Virus record (IMG/VR): IMGVR_UViG_3300032116_015770 | From: a virus | Reading direction: 5' to 3' (one strand) | Length of the DNA stretch: 64,000 bases | Shown here: positions 26,330-36,386 of the stretch, one piece after another | How positions within the stretch are numbered: position 1 is the stretch's first letter | How the letters are laid out: the number at the start of each line of letters is the position of its first letter | The notes under the pieces: model-generated | Seen by the model: the letters and a program-made list of their open reading frames with translations, nothing else | What the model was told of the DNA's origin: nothing | Database searches by the model: none | Program-made: the position numbers and the translations under genes

Positions 26330-27106
26330 ATGACTTACTTAGGCGCAACAACCGTTTCAGATAAATCGGTTGCAAAGCTCGATGACATATCGAGTTCATT
26401 TGACGGTGTATCTGTCAACTTTACCTTAAGAATTAATGGAACAGAAGTGTTTCCTGGTAGCAGTGTTAGTGTCAATATATCTTTAGATGGTGTATGGCAA
26501 GAGCCCTTATCTGCTTACTCTATTAACGGGTCTACCATTACTTTTGATACCCCACCTAGAGCAGGTGTTAAGTTTTTCGGGGCAGCCACTTACTATGGTG
26601 GTTCTGCTTCAGCGGTATCACCTGATGCAGTAAACACAACACAATTAGTTAACAGTGCTGTAACTACGAATAAGCTTGCTGATGGTGCTGTTACTGCTGC
26701 TAAGCTAAGCTCTTTGACTTATTTAATTGAAACAGCTAATGTAATTAACTCTGCTCCTCCTCTACAAGCTAATATCGACGTTAAAAATAATTCATTTGTC
26801 TACTACACCGGTAATAATCCTGGTACTATAACTATTAACGTACGTGGTGATTCCTCGACAACATTAAATTCGATGCTTGCTAATGGTCAAATACTTACTT
26901 CGGTAGTAGCTTTAACTAATGGAAGTACTGGGTATGGTGTAAATATTAGAGTGGATAATGTTACTCAAACTCCAAGATGGTTAGGTAATGTTGCACCTAC
27001 TGGTGGTAACTCAAATAGTATAGATCTTTACAATATTTCTGTACTTAAAACAGACGTAAATACATATACAGTTCTTGCTTCACAATCGCAATTTGGAATA
27101 GGTTAA
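26330..27106 (+). CDS. tail fibre protein with VTxxKL repeats
   Basis: LDDISS.FDG, LDGVWQEP..AY.I.GS.I.F..PP, AVTTNKLADGAVTAAKL. Confidence 0.75.
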   Translation: MTYLGATTVSDKSVAKLDDISSSFDGVSVNFTLRINGTEVFPGSSVSVNISLDGVWQEPLSAYSINGSTITFDTPPRAGVKFFGAATYYGGSASAVSPDAVNTTQLVNSAVTTNKLADGAVTAAKLSSLTYLIETANVINSAPPLQANIDVKNNSFVYYTGNNPGTITINVRGDSSTTLNSMLANGQILTSVVALTNGSTGYGVNIRVDNVTQTPRWLGNVAPTGGNSNSIDLYNISVLKTDVNTYTVLASQSQFGIG

Positions 27107-27107
27107 T

Positions 27108-30100
27108 ATGCCAGTCTTACAGACACTTGCCTCAGCTTCTGCTAAATCGCTTGGGCAGGTAAAGAATACCTCGAAGAATTATTTAGTATCTGTTACATCT
27201 ACAGAGGATGGTGATCGTTATGTAAACAAGACTATATTTCATTTAGATCCTATTTTTGAGGATGGTACAAACTCCACGGCTAGTAGAACTGCAAACAACA
27301 TTGCAATTCCTGATATGGTCCTGACGGTCAGTGGTCGCCCATTTACAGGTACCTTCGGGCCATTAAGCGATCTAGGTTATAGTCTTGCTATTCAAAGATA
27401 TTCTAACGTAGGTTGGGGAGCTAATACCACTGCAGGAGCTCCTTCTGTAATCTATAGCGGAACACATAATAGATGGGATCTAGGATCAGGTGATTTTACT
27501 ATTGAATTCTGGATGTTTGTTAATAGGTTAGATATCGCACGTGCAAATGCTAATGCTCATATCCTATCTTCAGGTACGTTCGGTTCTGCAAACGGAACTA
27601 ATTTTTCTATTTCATTATTAGCTAATAATCAAATTAGATTTTTTAATAATGCTTTAGGACCTGTCACTACGTCAGCTACCAATGCATTTACACTTAATAA
27701 TTGGCATCATGTATTAATTACTCGTTCCGGTAACACTATTACTATGTATGTTGATGGTAAAGCTACTGGTTCAACATCTGGTTCAGTTACCGGGTCTACA
27801 ACCTACGGTGGTAATACAACACTTGCATTTAATAGATTATTAGATGATTCACCTATTAACTCAAGCGCTTTTAAAGGTTTTATTAGTGGTTGTAGAATTA
27901 TAAAAGGACAGGCTTTAGTCAGTGGTAACTTTACTCCATCTACAGTTCCTATTACTGATACAGTCATTGGTCATACAGGTGTAAACGTCGCCGGGTCAAT
28001 TACCGGAACTGCAACTACTTGGTTTACTTCACATGGTTCGATGAGCAGTTTTTCGGGAGATGGAATAGAACCACAAGGTAGATTTTTAGAACCAGTAATT
28101 ACCGCATTCACTCCTTTCTATAAAGATACTGCAGCTAATGCTAATGTAAAAGCAAGAACCTATAGCATTTACAATGATGGAACAACTCGACTTTCCTATG
28201 TTGAAACTACATCTAATGTTAGCTTGTTCAGATTCGATAGAGCCTTTACTATTGAAGGTTGGTGTTACATGTCTTCCAATGCAGCATCAGTTGGAGCCGT
28301 TTTTGAATTAGGACAGTACACCGATGGAATATTATTTAGACCAACTACAGGTGCTGGTGATCTTTGGATTAACAACACAAACCGTGGTGAAGCAAATTCA
28401 GTAGTTCATTTAAATCAATGGTATCATTATGCAGTTACTAGAGATAATGCAAACATAGCTAATCTTTATATAAATGGTAGAAGAATTTTATCTGCTACTT
28501 TTGCTGGTAATATTAATACTACAGGAGCTCCTTTACGAATTGGTGACGCAAGACACACCACAGGTCAAACAGCTTTTGCACATCATTCTCAAGTTAGAGT
28601 AGTTAGAGGTGACGCAGTTTACACAGGTAATTTTATACCCCCTATTTTAGGGCCCTTGCAGCTAGATGGTGCAAATTCGGCTGCTAGTTATACTTCTACA
28701 GCAAATGTAAACACTACATTTCCTGGATCTAATACAGTACTTTTGTTACATTTTGACAATCCAGATATCATTGATAGATCTGGTAATATGAGCATCTCTA
28801 TTGTAGGTGATGCTAGACCAAAGAGATTTGGACCACTTGATAATACTGTAAACAGTGTATTTGTAAATGGATCTTCTGGTTCGAGAGTGGAGGTAAAAGC
28901 AGCTGGTAATGCTATACCTTTACCTATAGAATGGATGTCTAATGCAAGTTCGTTAGTTGGAAGAATAGATTTTTGGGTATATCCATTATCTCTTACCACA
29001 GGATTGCCATTTAATACTGCCGAAAGTATTTTATCCGTAGGTCAAACTTTATTAAATGTAGGTATTTACAATAGAAACTTAAGTCTTTTTGTTGCACAAA
29101 ATACAACCTCTAACTCGTTTATTACTGGTTCACGTATAGTACCAGAATATCAATGGACACATGTCTCAGTAATTTTATCTGACAGAGATGGTGCAACTAA
29201 TGCAAGAATACTTCAAGATGGCATAGAAGTGGCTAATGGTAATGTTTCCAGAATGAACTGGGCGCACACCACATCAGGAAATGCATTATTAATTGGTACA
29301 GAATTTTCTAATCAAGCTAATTCAGGATTTAATGGTTACGTATCTGATTTAAGAATAACTTATGGGGATGAAAGACGTGAAGAGTTAACCGTTCCTACGG
29401 CACCTTATCCTCATCACTATTCTGGGTTAGCAGCTAACATTATTAGTAGTGCTACAGGTAATATTACTTCATCTCAATCAGAAGTACTGATTGTAGCCGG
29501 GGGAGGTGGAGGTGGAGCTACTAATGCTGCTAATACTAGTAGTATTCATGCAACAGGCGCTGGTGGTGGTGGAATTTTACATACTACATCCCTTTCCTTA
29601 CAAAAAGGTACATATACAGTCGTAGTCGGTGCGGGTGGAGCAAGATCTCAATACGGTGTCGATACCACTGCATTTAGTGAAGCTACAGTAGGTAGACCTA
29701 GACGTTCTACAGCAACTAACGGATCAAACTCATATATTATTACCCCTGGTAATGTTACTTACACAGCTATAGGGGGTGGAAGAGGTACAGGTTCAGATAC
29801 AGGAACACCGGCTGATGGTGGTTCTGGAGGTGGCGGTAATGCCTTCTCTAATATTTTTGGTTTTAGTAATCAAAATAGTATCCCTCCTTTTATAGGGTAT
29901 GGGAACAACGGTAATAATGGAAATATTTTTAGTAGTGGTAGGATTGTAGTATCTGGTGGGGGTGGAGGTGCCGGGGCTCCTGGTGGTAATAATTTTAATA
30001 TTGCCGGATTTACAGGTACCGGTCCATTTACTCCCGGTGCTGGAGGAGATGGTAGAGCATTCTTTACCGATGGATTAGATATACCTATTTACTATGGTGG

Positions 30101-30437
30101 AGGGGGAGCAGGATCGAGTGTTAATGGTGCTGGAACTGTTAGATTATACGGTTTACAACCTGGTGGTCAAGGCGGAGGGGCTTATACCCGTAATACAGAA
30201 ACGTATTTTTATTTAACACAATTCGATGGAGAGCCTAACTCTGGAGGCGGCGGCGCCGGATTTACTGGAATTAATAATAACTCGGTAGCAGGAGGAGCTG
30301 GAGGATCGGGTGTGGTAATATTTAGATACTCAGATCAGTATCCTCGTGCAATAAGCACCACAGGTAGAGTGATTTATAGACAAAGAAAAGGTTCACACAT
30401 TTATAAATTCTTAAGTTCAGGGACGATTACATTCTAA
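27108..30437 (+). CDS. tail fibre/adhesin: LamG (ConA-like) domains plus Gly-rich C-terminal domain
   Basis: GDFTIEFW, WHHV..TR, FTIEGW, WYHYAVTR; LIVAGGGGGG...YYGGGGAG...GGSGVVIFRY. Confidence 0.8.
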   Translation: MPVLQTLASASAKSLGQVKNTSKNYLVSVTSTEDGDRYVNKTIFHLDPIFEDGTNSTASRTANNIAIPDMVLTVSGRPFTGTFGPLSDLGYSLAIQRYSNVGWGANTTAGAPSVIYSGTHNRWDLGSGDFTIEFWMFVNRLDIARANANAHILSSGTFGSANGTNFSISLLANNQIRFFNNALGPVTTSATNAFTLNNWHHVLITRSGNTITMYVDGKATGSTSGSVTGSTTYGGNTTLAFNRLLDDSPINSSAFKGFISGCRIIKGQALVSGNFTPSTVPITDTVIGHTGVNVAGSITGTATTWFTSHGSMSSFSGDGIEPQGRFLEPVITAFTPFYKDTAANANVKARTYSIYNDGTTRLSYVETTSNVSLFRFDRAFTIEGWCYMSSNAASVGAVFELGQYTDGILFRPTTGAGDLWINNTNRGEANSVVHLNQWYHYAVTRDNANIANLYINGRRILSATFAGNINTTGAPLRIGDARHTTGQTAFAHHSQVRVVRGDAVYTGNFIPPILGPLQLDGANSAASYTSTANVNTTFPGSNTVLLLHFDNPDIIDRSGNMSISIVGDARPKRFGPLDNTVNSVFVNGSSGSRVEVKAAGNAIPLPIEWMSNASSLVGRIDFWVYPLSLTTGLPFNTAESILSVGQTLLNVGIYNRNLSLFVAQNTTSNSFITGSRIVPEYQWTHVSVILSDRDGATNARILQDGIEVANGNVSRMNWAHTTSGNALLIGTEFSNQANSGFNGYVSDLRITYGDERREELTVPTAPYPHHYSGLAANIISSATGNITSSQSEVLIVAGGGGGGATNAANTSSIHATGAGGGGILHTTSLSLQKGTYTVVVGAGGARSQYGVDTTAFSEATVGRPRRSTATNGSNSYIITPGNVTYTAIGGGRGTGSDTGTPADGGSGGGGNAFSNIFGFSNQNSIPPFIGYGNNGNNGNIFSSGRIVVSGGGGGAGAPGGNNFNIAGFTGTGPFTPGAGGDGRAFFTDGLDIPIYYGGGGAGSSVNGAGTVRLYGLQPGGQGGGAYTRNTETYFYLTQFDGEPNSGGGGAGFTGINNNSVAGGAGGSGVVIFRYSDQYPRAISTTGRVIYRQRKGSHIYKFLSSGTITF

Positions 30438-30841
30438 TGGCACATTTTGCAAGACTTAATAGTGATAACATTGTAACCGAAGTAGTTGTTGTTGATGATA
30501 GTATCATCAGGAATAGCGGTGGTGAGTTTGAAGAAGTAGGTGAAATTTATCTACAAAATCTTTTAAAAACTACTGATAGATGGAAGCAAACATCTTATAA
30601 TAATAGAATTAGAAACAAGTTTGCTGCTATTGGTTATAGATATGATGAGGAAAAAGATGCTTTTATAGATCCTTCGCCTTACCCTTCTTGGATTTTAAAC
30701 CGCGAAGAGTTAATCTGGGAAGCGCCAACACCTTATCCTATTGACGATAAATACTATTATAATTGGAACGAAGATTCGCTATCGTGGGAAATTGCTGGTG
30801 AAAAAGAAGTTCCTGAACAAAATAACACATTACCGATCTAA
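30437..30841 (+). CDS. conserved protein accompanying Gly-rich fibre (possible chaperone)
   Basis: MAHFA.L, WKQTSYN..IR.KFA.IGY.YD...DAF..P.PYPSW.L...WEAP.P.P. Confidence 0.75.
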   Translation: MAHFARLNSDNIVTEVVVVDDSIIRNSGGEFEEVGEIYLQNLLKTTDRWKQTSYNNRIRNKFAAIGYRYDEEKDAFIDPSPYPSWILNREELIWEAPTPYPIDDKYYYNWNEDSLSWEIAGEKEVPEQNNTLPI

Positions 30842-30850
30842 AGGTTTTAC

Positions 30851-31096
30851 ATGGCATACATAGGATCTAAACCAGCAGAAAATGTTGTTGAAAACGATAG
30901 CATTGATACTGCTAAATTAGCTAATAATTCGGTGACAACAGATAAAATTGCCGCTGGTGCAGTAGCAACTGTTGACTTGCAAGATCAAGCTATTACCACG
31001 GATAAATTGGCTGATAATTCTGTTACAGGGCCTAAACTTAATGGAGGGGCTATCTTTGGTAGATTAACTGCCCTTTCCGTAATTTTTGGCCAATAA
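30851..31096 (+). CDS. short fibre adaptor with VTTDKL repeats
   Basis: MAYIGSKP, repeated (S/A)(V/I)T(T)xK(L/I), C-terminal ALSVIFG. Confidence 0.7.
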   Translation: MAYIGSKPAENVVENDSIDTAKLANNSVTTDKIAAGAVATVDLQDQAITTDKLADNSVTGPKLNGGAIFGRLTALSVIFGQ

Positions 31097-31105
31097 GGAG
31101 AAATA

Positions 31106-31462
31106 ATGAGTGCGTTAAATATCGCAAATTCTACCGTTATTATAGGTAGAACTAGTGTATCAAATATAACTACCTTAGCATCTACGGTCGTGTCTAACGC
31201 CGGTGATACTAATGCTTTATTAAAAATAAATACTATCTTTGCTCATAATAGAGGTAACTCTGCGGCAGATGTAACGGTGTTGTTTAATAGAGGGTCTAAT
31301 ACTGTAATTATGGCTAACACCATGACAGTTCCTACTAGAACTACATTAACTTTACTAGCAAAAGACATGTCGATGTATCTAGAGGAAAATGACACTATTT
31401 CAGCATTTGCTAGTGCAAACAACGCTATTAATATTTTTGTATCATACGAACAATTGAGCTAA
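31106..31462 (+). CDS. small beta-rich fibre-associated virion protein
   Basis: AAGGAG SD; LKINTI..N, MYLEEND, VSYE; related fold to 25500..25838. Confidence 0.7.
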   Translation: MSALNIANSTVIIGRTSVSNITTLASTVVSNAGDTNALLKINTIFAHNRGNSAADVTVLFNRGSNTVIMANTMTVPTRTTLTLLAKDMSMYLEENDTISAFASANNAINIFVSYEQLS

Positions 31463-31463
31463 T

Positions 31464-34400
31464 ATGAGTAGAAAAAATGGTGGTTATATCGGGTATCTAA
31501 GTGCTGACACTGTAGATAAAGAAGGTGCTTCCGGTGTTTATGATATATCCGATCAATTAGATTATAGTACTTCTGTGCCCTTCAATCAGCTTGGAGAACA
31601 GTTTGGTGCTGCTGTCTGGCCTCAAACAGACACTACTGAAGGTGACGACCCTTACCTAGGTGATGTTGTAGGGGGTATATATTCTCCACATATAGAAAAC
31701 ACCATTTTTACTGAAGCTTCTGGCAACTGGGATGAAGTATTTGATCCAAAAACTGGCCATCAAAATAGATTACCTACCCCTACTTTTTTACATCAAACCA
31801 ATAGATACTGGGCTTTAAAATTTTCTACTCATAGAAGAAATGCTATTGCTATAACCAATAAGCCAGAATTTAACTTTGGTGAAGGTAATTTTACTATTGA
31901 ATTCTGGTATAAACCAAATACCAGAGGTGACGGTCTCAGTACGAGTCCTCATTTTTATAATAAAACTATTTTAAGTTATGGTGAATCAGTTTCGAGTGTT
32001 ACACGTGGGTGGGAGATTTGCAGAAGATATACTTATGGAAACCAGGTATTTTTTACCGACCTTACAACTTATTACCCATTTCATGAAACTTTAACTAGTA
32101 CGTTATGGAGTTCTTTTGAGTGGGTTCATTATTGCTTCGTACGTGAAAATGGAATTTTAAAATTATACGAAAATGGTGTTTTAACTAAAAGTGTAGCTAG
32201 TACATCGAATGTAACTCCCACAGGGACAGTTACATTAAAAGTTGGTACTAACTATGCAAGTAATACTTCTCATTCTACCCATGGTTTATTAACAGATTTA
32301 AGAATTAGTAATACTGTGGAAAGAACAGGTCTTACTTTTGCTGTACCTAGTTTACCTATTACAGCTACTCCTAATACTGTATTGCTACTAGCTAGTGATA
32401 CATTATGTTATCATACCGGTTCTAATGTTGGTAATGACCAAAACATTGTAATAACAGATCTGAACGCTCACCATCAAAGATGGCCTGACGTGCCTTACAA
32501 TTACAAAGAACCTGCTAAAGAAACTGCTTATGGATTCAATTTTCCAGAACTTTATAACACACAATCACATCTCCAGTACTTAAGGGCAAATCTATACCCT
32601 CTGTTAAATGATACCTCGTTTACTTTAGAAACTTGGTTTATGTCCACAACAATCAGAGAGCGTAATGCTATAGTTCCATTAGTTGTCATCTCTAGCGATG
32701 AGGATAGTTATTCGTTTGAAACAACGTACAACAGAGGTAAAACGATCGGTTTATATTATAACTACCGTAGTACCGGGCCTGCAGCAATAGTACCTAATGC
32801 TTATAACACAAAAGATATATTAATGGGGTATCTAGCCGGGGGCAATGTTTTAGTTAAGCCAGGTTATCCTAGTTTAGGTAATGCTACACCTTATTTAGAG
32901 ACAGGTGAATGGCATCACATGGCTTTAACTTTTGACAAGGATTCAGGAAATATAGCGGTATACGTTGACGGGACATATAGAGACGGCACTAATGTAATAG
33001 GTGCTGATATGAGCAGGGTCGACCAGAAAATTTTTATAGGTATAAACCCACAAAATATTACACGACATAACGGAGATTATTATTATAAAGGTTGCATGCA
33101 GGACATTACTATTACAAAAAATGTAAAGTATACTGCTAATTTCACCCCTACAACTAGTGCAATACCGTTAGACAATAATATTTTATTTAAAACACTACAC
33201 GATAATACTTCTTCCTTTAGATATTTTACACCTTCAGGTAATGTTGAGTTTACAGTTAATAATATTTCATCTGCTACAATTAATAGAATTACTTATGAAA
33301 TTGGGGAATCTCGTTCAAGAGAACTCGGACCGGTATATTTTGATGACAAATACATACCTAATTTTATTGAAGAAGAAGGTGTTAAGAAGTATGAAAGACT
33401 AGCAAGTTTACATAATCGTTCTGATTACGGAGTAGTTTATCCTGATTTAAGCCCAAATAATAAATCTTTAGATTTTGAAACTGGGCCGTTTACTGCAGAG
33501 GCCTGGGTTTATGTTGTAGGGGGGGATGGAGATCAAGGAATTATTGGTAAAGGAACTGCTACAACAGGTTGGGGTCTGTCTGTTGTTAATAACCAGTTAG
33601 TATTTGAACATAATAACATAACTATTACAGGATCAGACCCTAGAGTTGAATATGGTTCATGGTGTCATATTGTAGCTCAAAGAAGTGGTACCGGTGCTAA
33701 CCTATTTCACATGTTTGTTAATGGGCGACTTGCAAGTGTAGATACAGTCACTAGTAACTTAACCACTACTAGTAGAAATCTTTATGTTTTAAATAAAAGA
33801 AATCCAGAAACTACAAATAAAAATTTTATTGGTTTAATTAACAACTTAAGATTAAGTAATGTTGCAAGATATCCAGTTCCAGTAACTAACACTATTGGGA
33901 CTGTGGCATTTACCCCTTCTATGGGGCCATATAATAATGACGCTAACACTGTATTTCTTGGTTATCAATATATGTGGAGTGATGCTGAGTCAGGGGGTAA
34001 GATTGACTTAGGGTCGCAAATGAACCCTATTACACATAATAGTGTACCTTATCTAAGAGGTGCACCACCAGCTACTCATAGAAATTGGAGTTATGTTACT
34101 AGAGATGGATCTACAGGGTTAAAATTATATGGAGTTAGTTGGAATGATGGAACGTTAACCGGGGGAAGCCCTCTTACATCAGATGATTTTTCTATTGAAT
34201 TCTTTTTACAACCACATAATAGATTAGTTGGTACAACTGAAACACGTTATATTATAGATGGTAGATGGAATGGAGAAGGTCCTTCTGCAGATGTAACCTC
34301 TTTAGATACTGGTGGGCTTTATATTCGACAAAATCCTTATGGGTATATTGAGGTAGGTTACAATTATGATGCAGGGCAGTTCGATGCTGTTGCTTTAGTA

Positions 34401-36380
34401 TCTAGAACTGCAATTGCACAACTACCCGTTTGGCATCATATTTGTGTACAAAGAGTAGATAATAACTGGGCTCTTTATATTAATGGTGTTAAAGAAGCAG
34501 AGCATTATTCTAATAGATCAACGTCTTCGCCATATACTTGGACTATATGGGAATCAGGTACGCTTGGATCTCGTACTGGGCAAGGATGGTATGGTTATTT
34601 TTATGGATTAAGAATTTGTAGAAGATCAACAGCCTACGGTACAGCTTCTAGAAGTAATCCAGAAAGAATTCCTGTTCCAAAAGAACCACTTACTAATATA
34701 CCTGGGTGTACGTTTTTAGGATTTGATAAACCATTTTTTGCTGACGTTACTACATCTTTAAATGGTAATGATGCAAACACTGGTAGTTTTGTGCCGGTTA
34801 AGGTGCATAGAGATCAAACTGTTAATACTGGTAGATGGGAATATGCCCCCTCACAATATACACCGTTTAAACCAGGACTTTTAGATTGGAAAAACACTTA
34901 TTTTAGTTTCGTAAATTCTATTACGACTACATATACAATAGAAAGTGCATTAAAAGACGGTGGGGGCATTGGAGATAATTTTTCTTATAATTCCTTATTT
35001 CATAAAACTTTTACTATGGAAGGGTGGCACTGGCTCGTTCAGTTTAATTCTCAAAATGTAATCCAAGGTAATTTTAGAAGCCAAGGTACTACGGTATTTT
35101 CCACTTTAAATACTAATACCGCTAACTCTGCTCTTGGTGGTGGCATATTATACACCACGCATTTTTATGACGGAGATGGTTATGGAGGTGCAGAGGCTTT
35201 TGGAAGAGTAGCTTTAAAATGGCATCATATTAGAACTACTAACCCGGGGTTTACTCAAAGATCATTTTTTTATTCTAATGATTGGGTAACTAACCCTGGT
35301 CATAATTATTCACATTTTATAATACAACATGACGCCGATTCTCATAGACTTACTATATGGGTAAACGGTATTAGAATAATGGATACAACAGGTAATTATG
35401 GTGCGGATGGACTTTATGTAATAGAAAATTATATTCTAGATGGTGCAATTAAAAGTTTAGAGTACCTATCTGGTTTAGACGCATTAAATGTAGAATTCAG
35501 AGCTAAATATCCTTTTTCTTTGCGAAGAATTCCAGTTGAAAAATGGAATAAACCTCCAAAAATAAATAAATTTACTGCATTGCGAGACACTACAAATGCA
35601 GCTGTAATACCAGTGGGTTTCTCATCGACTTATATGCGCCCTCAGGGTTACCCAAAAATTTCTAGAGGAGTAAGAAATTTAGGTAGACCAACTATATATC
35701 TAAATCAAAATAGTGTTACTGGAGCAGGTGGAGTTTGGACATCTACTACACCACCATGGGGTGCTCAAACAAATACCGCGTACCAGTTCACTGTTGGCGA
35801 CGCTAATGATTATAGACTGTTAGGTCCGTCTTATAATGACTTTACTATAGAAGGCTGGTTCGCCTGGGCTGGTGCGGCTTCACCTAATGATAAATATCTC
35901 TGGGAGTTATCAGACAATATTGGGTTAAGAACTGTAAGTGGGGCATACAGTCTACGATTTAATAATGTAGATACGCAGTCCTATACTAGTTCAGCAAACG
36001 TATCTGGAAACAGTTCTAACATTGTTTTTGATCATTTAGTAGTGCAGAGAAATGGTTCGGTATTAACATTATATGTTAACGGGGTCGAGCATTTAAGTAT
36101 ACCTATAGGTAATAACGCTACCAAGTACAGCCCTATTGCTCCTGCTACCGAATATAATCTAAACTTAAATTATAATAATGCTAGTATATGGGTTGGATCT
36201 GACAGTGAAAGAACGGGTAGTAAGAGCTGGTTAGGTTATTTTAGTGATTTTAGAATTACTAGATTGGCTAGATATGAAACTGCATTAGTTAATGGTGTAA
36301 ATACTATGGTTCATAGAGGAACTATAAGACCAGCATTACCAACAGCACCGTTTAAAGTACCAATTACAGAGATAAAATAA
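31464..36380 (+). CDS. multi-LamG tail fibre/receptor-binding protein (paralog A)
   Basis: About six FT(I/L/A/M)E.W...W.H...LY.NG LamG units. Confidence 0.8.
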   Translation: MSRKNGGYIGYLSADTVDKEGASGVYDISDQLDYSTSVPFNQLGEQFGAAVWPQTDTTEGDDPYLGDVVGGIYSPHIENTIFTEASGNWDEVFDPKTGHQNRLPTPTFLHQTNRYWALKFSTHRRNAIAITNKPEFNFGEGNFTIEFWYKPNTRGDGLSTSPHFYNKTILSYGESVSSVTRGWEICRRYTYGNQVFFTDLTTYYPFHETLTSTLWSSFEWVHYCFVRENGILKLYENGVLTKSVASTSNVTPTGTVTLKVGTNYASNTSHSTHGLLTDLRISNTVERTGLTFAVPSLPITATPNTVLLLASDTLCYHTGSNVGNDQNIVITDLNAHHQRWPDVPYNYKEPAKETAYGFNFPELYNTQSHLQYLRANLYPLLNDTSFTLETWFMSTTIRERNAIVPLVVISSDEDSYSFETTYNRGKTIGLYYNYRSTGPAAIVPNAYNTKDILMGYLAGGNVLVKPGYPSLGNATPYLETGEWHHMALTFDKDSGNIAVYVDGTYRDGTNVIGADMSRVDQKIFIGINPQNITRHNGDYYYKGCMQDITITKNVKYTANFTPTTSAIPLDNNILFKTLHDNTSSFRYFTPSGNVEFTVNNISSATINRITYEIGESRSRELGPVYFDDKYIPNFIEEEGVKKYERLASLHNRSDYGVVYPDLSPNNKSLDFETGPFTAEAWVYVVGGDGDQGIIGKGTATTGWGLSVVNNQLVFEHNNITITGSDPRVEYGSWCHIVAQRSGTGANLFHMFVNGRLASVDTVTSNLTTTSRNLYVLNKRNPETTNKNFIGLINNLRLSNVARYPVPVTNTIGTVAFTPSMGPYNNDANTVFLGYQYMWSDAESGGKIDLGSQMNPITHNSVPYLRGAPPATHRNWSYVTRDGSTGLKLYGVSWNDGTLTGGSPLTSDDFSIEFFLQPHNRLVGTTETRYIIDGRWNGEGPSADVTSLDTGGLYIRQNPYGYIEVGYNYDAGQFDAVALVSRTAIAQLPVWHHICVQRVDNNWALYINGVKEAEHYSNRSTSSPYTWTIWESGTLGSRTGQGWYGYFYGLRICRRSTAYGTASRSNPERIPVPKEPLTNIPGCTFLGFDKPFFADVTTSLNGNDANTGSFVPVKVHRDQTVNTGRWEYAPSQYTPFKPGLLDWKNTYFSFVNSITTTYTIESALKDGGGIGDNFSYNSLFHKTFTMEGWHWLVQFNSQNVIQGNFRSQGTTVFSTLNTNTANSALGGGILYTTHFYDGDGYGGAEAFGRVALKWHHIRTTNPGFTQRSFFYSNDWVTNPGHNYSHFIIQHDADSHRLTIWVNGIRIMDTTGNYGADGLYVIENYILDGAIKSLEYLSGLDALNVEFRAKYPFSLRRIPVEKWNKPPKINKFTALRDTTNAAVIPVGFSSTYMRPQGYPKISRGVRNLGRPTIYLNQNSVTGAGGVWTSTTPPWGAQTNTAYQFTVGDANDYRLLGPSYNDFTIEGWFAWAGAASPNDKYLWELSDNIGLRTVSGAYSLRFNNVDTQSYTSSANVSGNSSNIVFDHLVVQRNGSVLTLYVNGVEHLSIPIGNNATKYSPIAPATEYNLNLNYNNASIWVGSDSERTGSKSWLGYFSDFRITRLARYETALVNGVNTMVHRGTIRPALPTAPFKVPITEIK

Positions 36381-36386
36381 TTAGAT

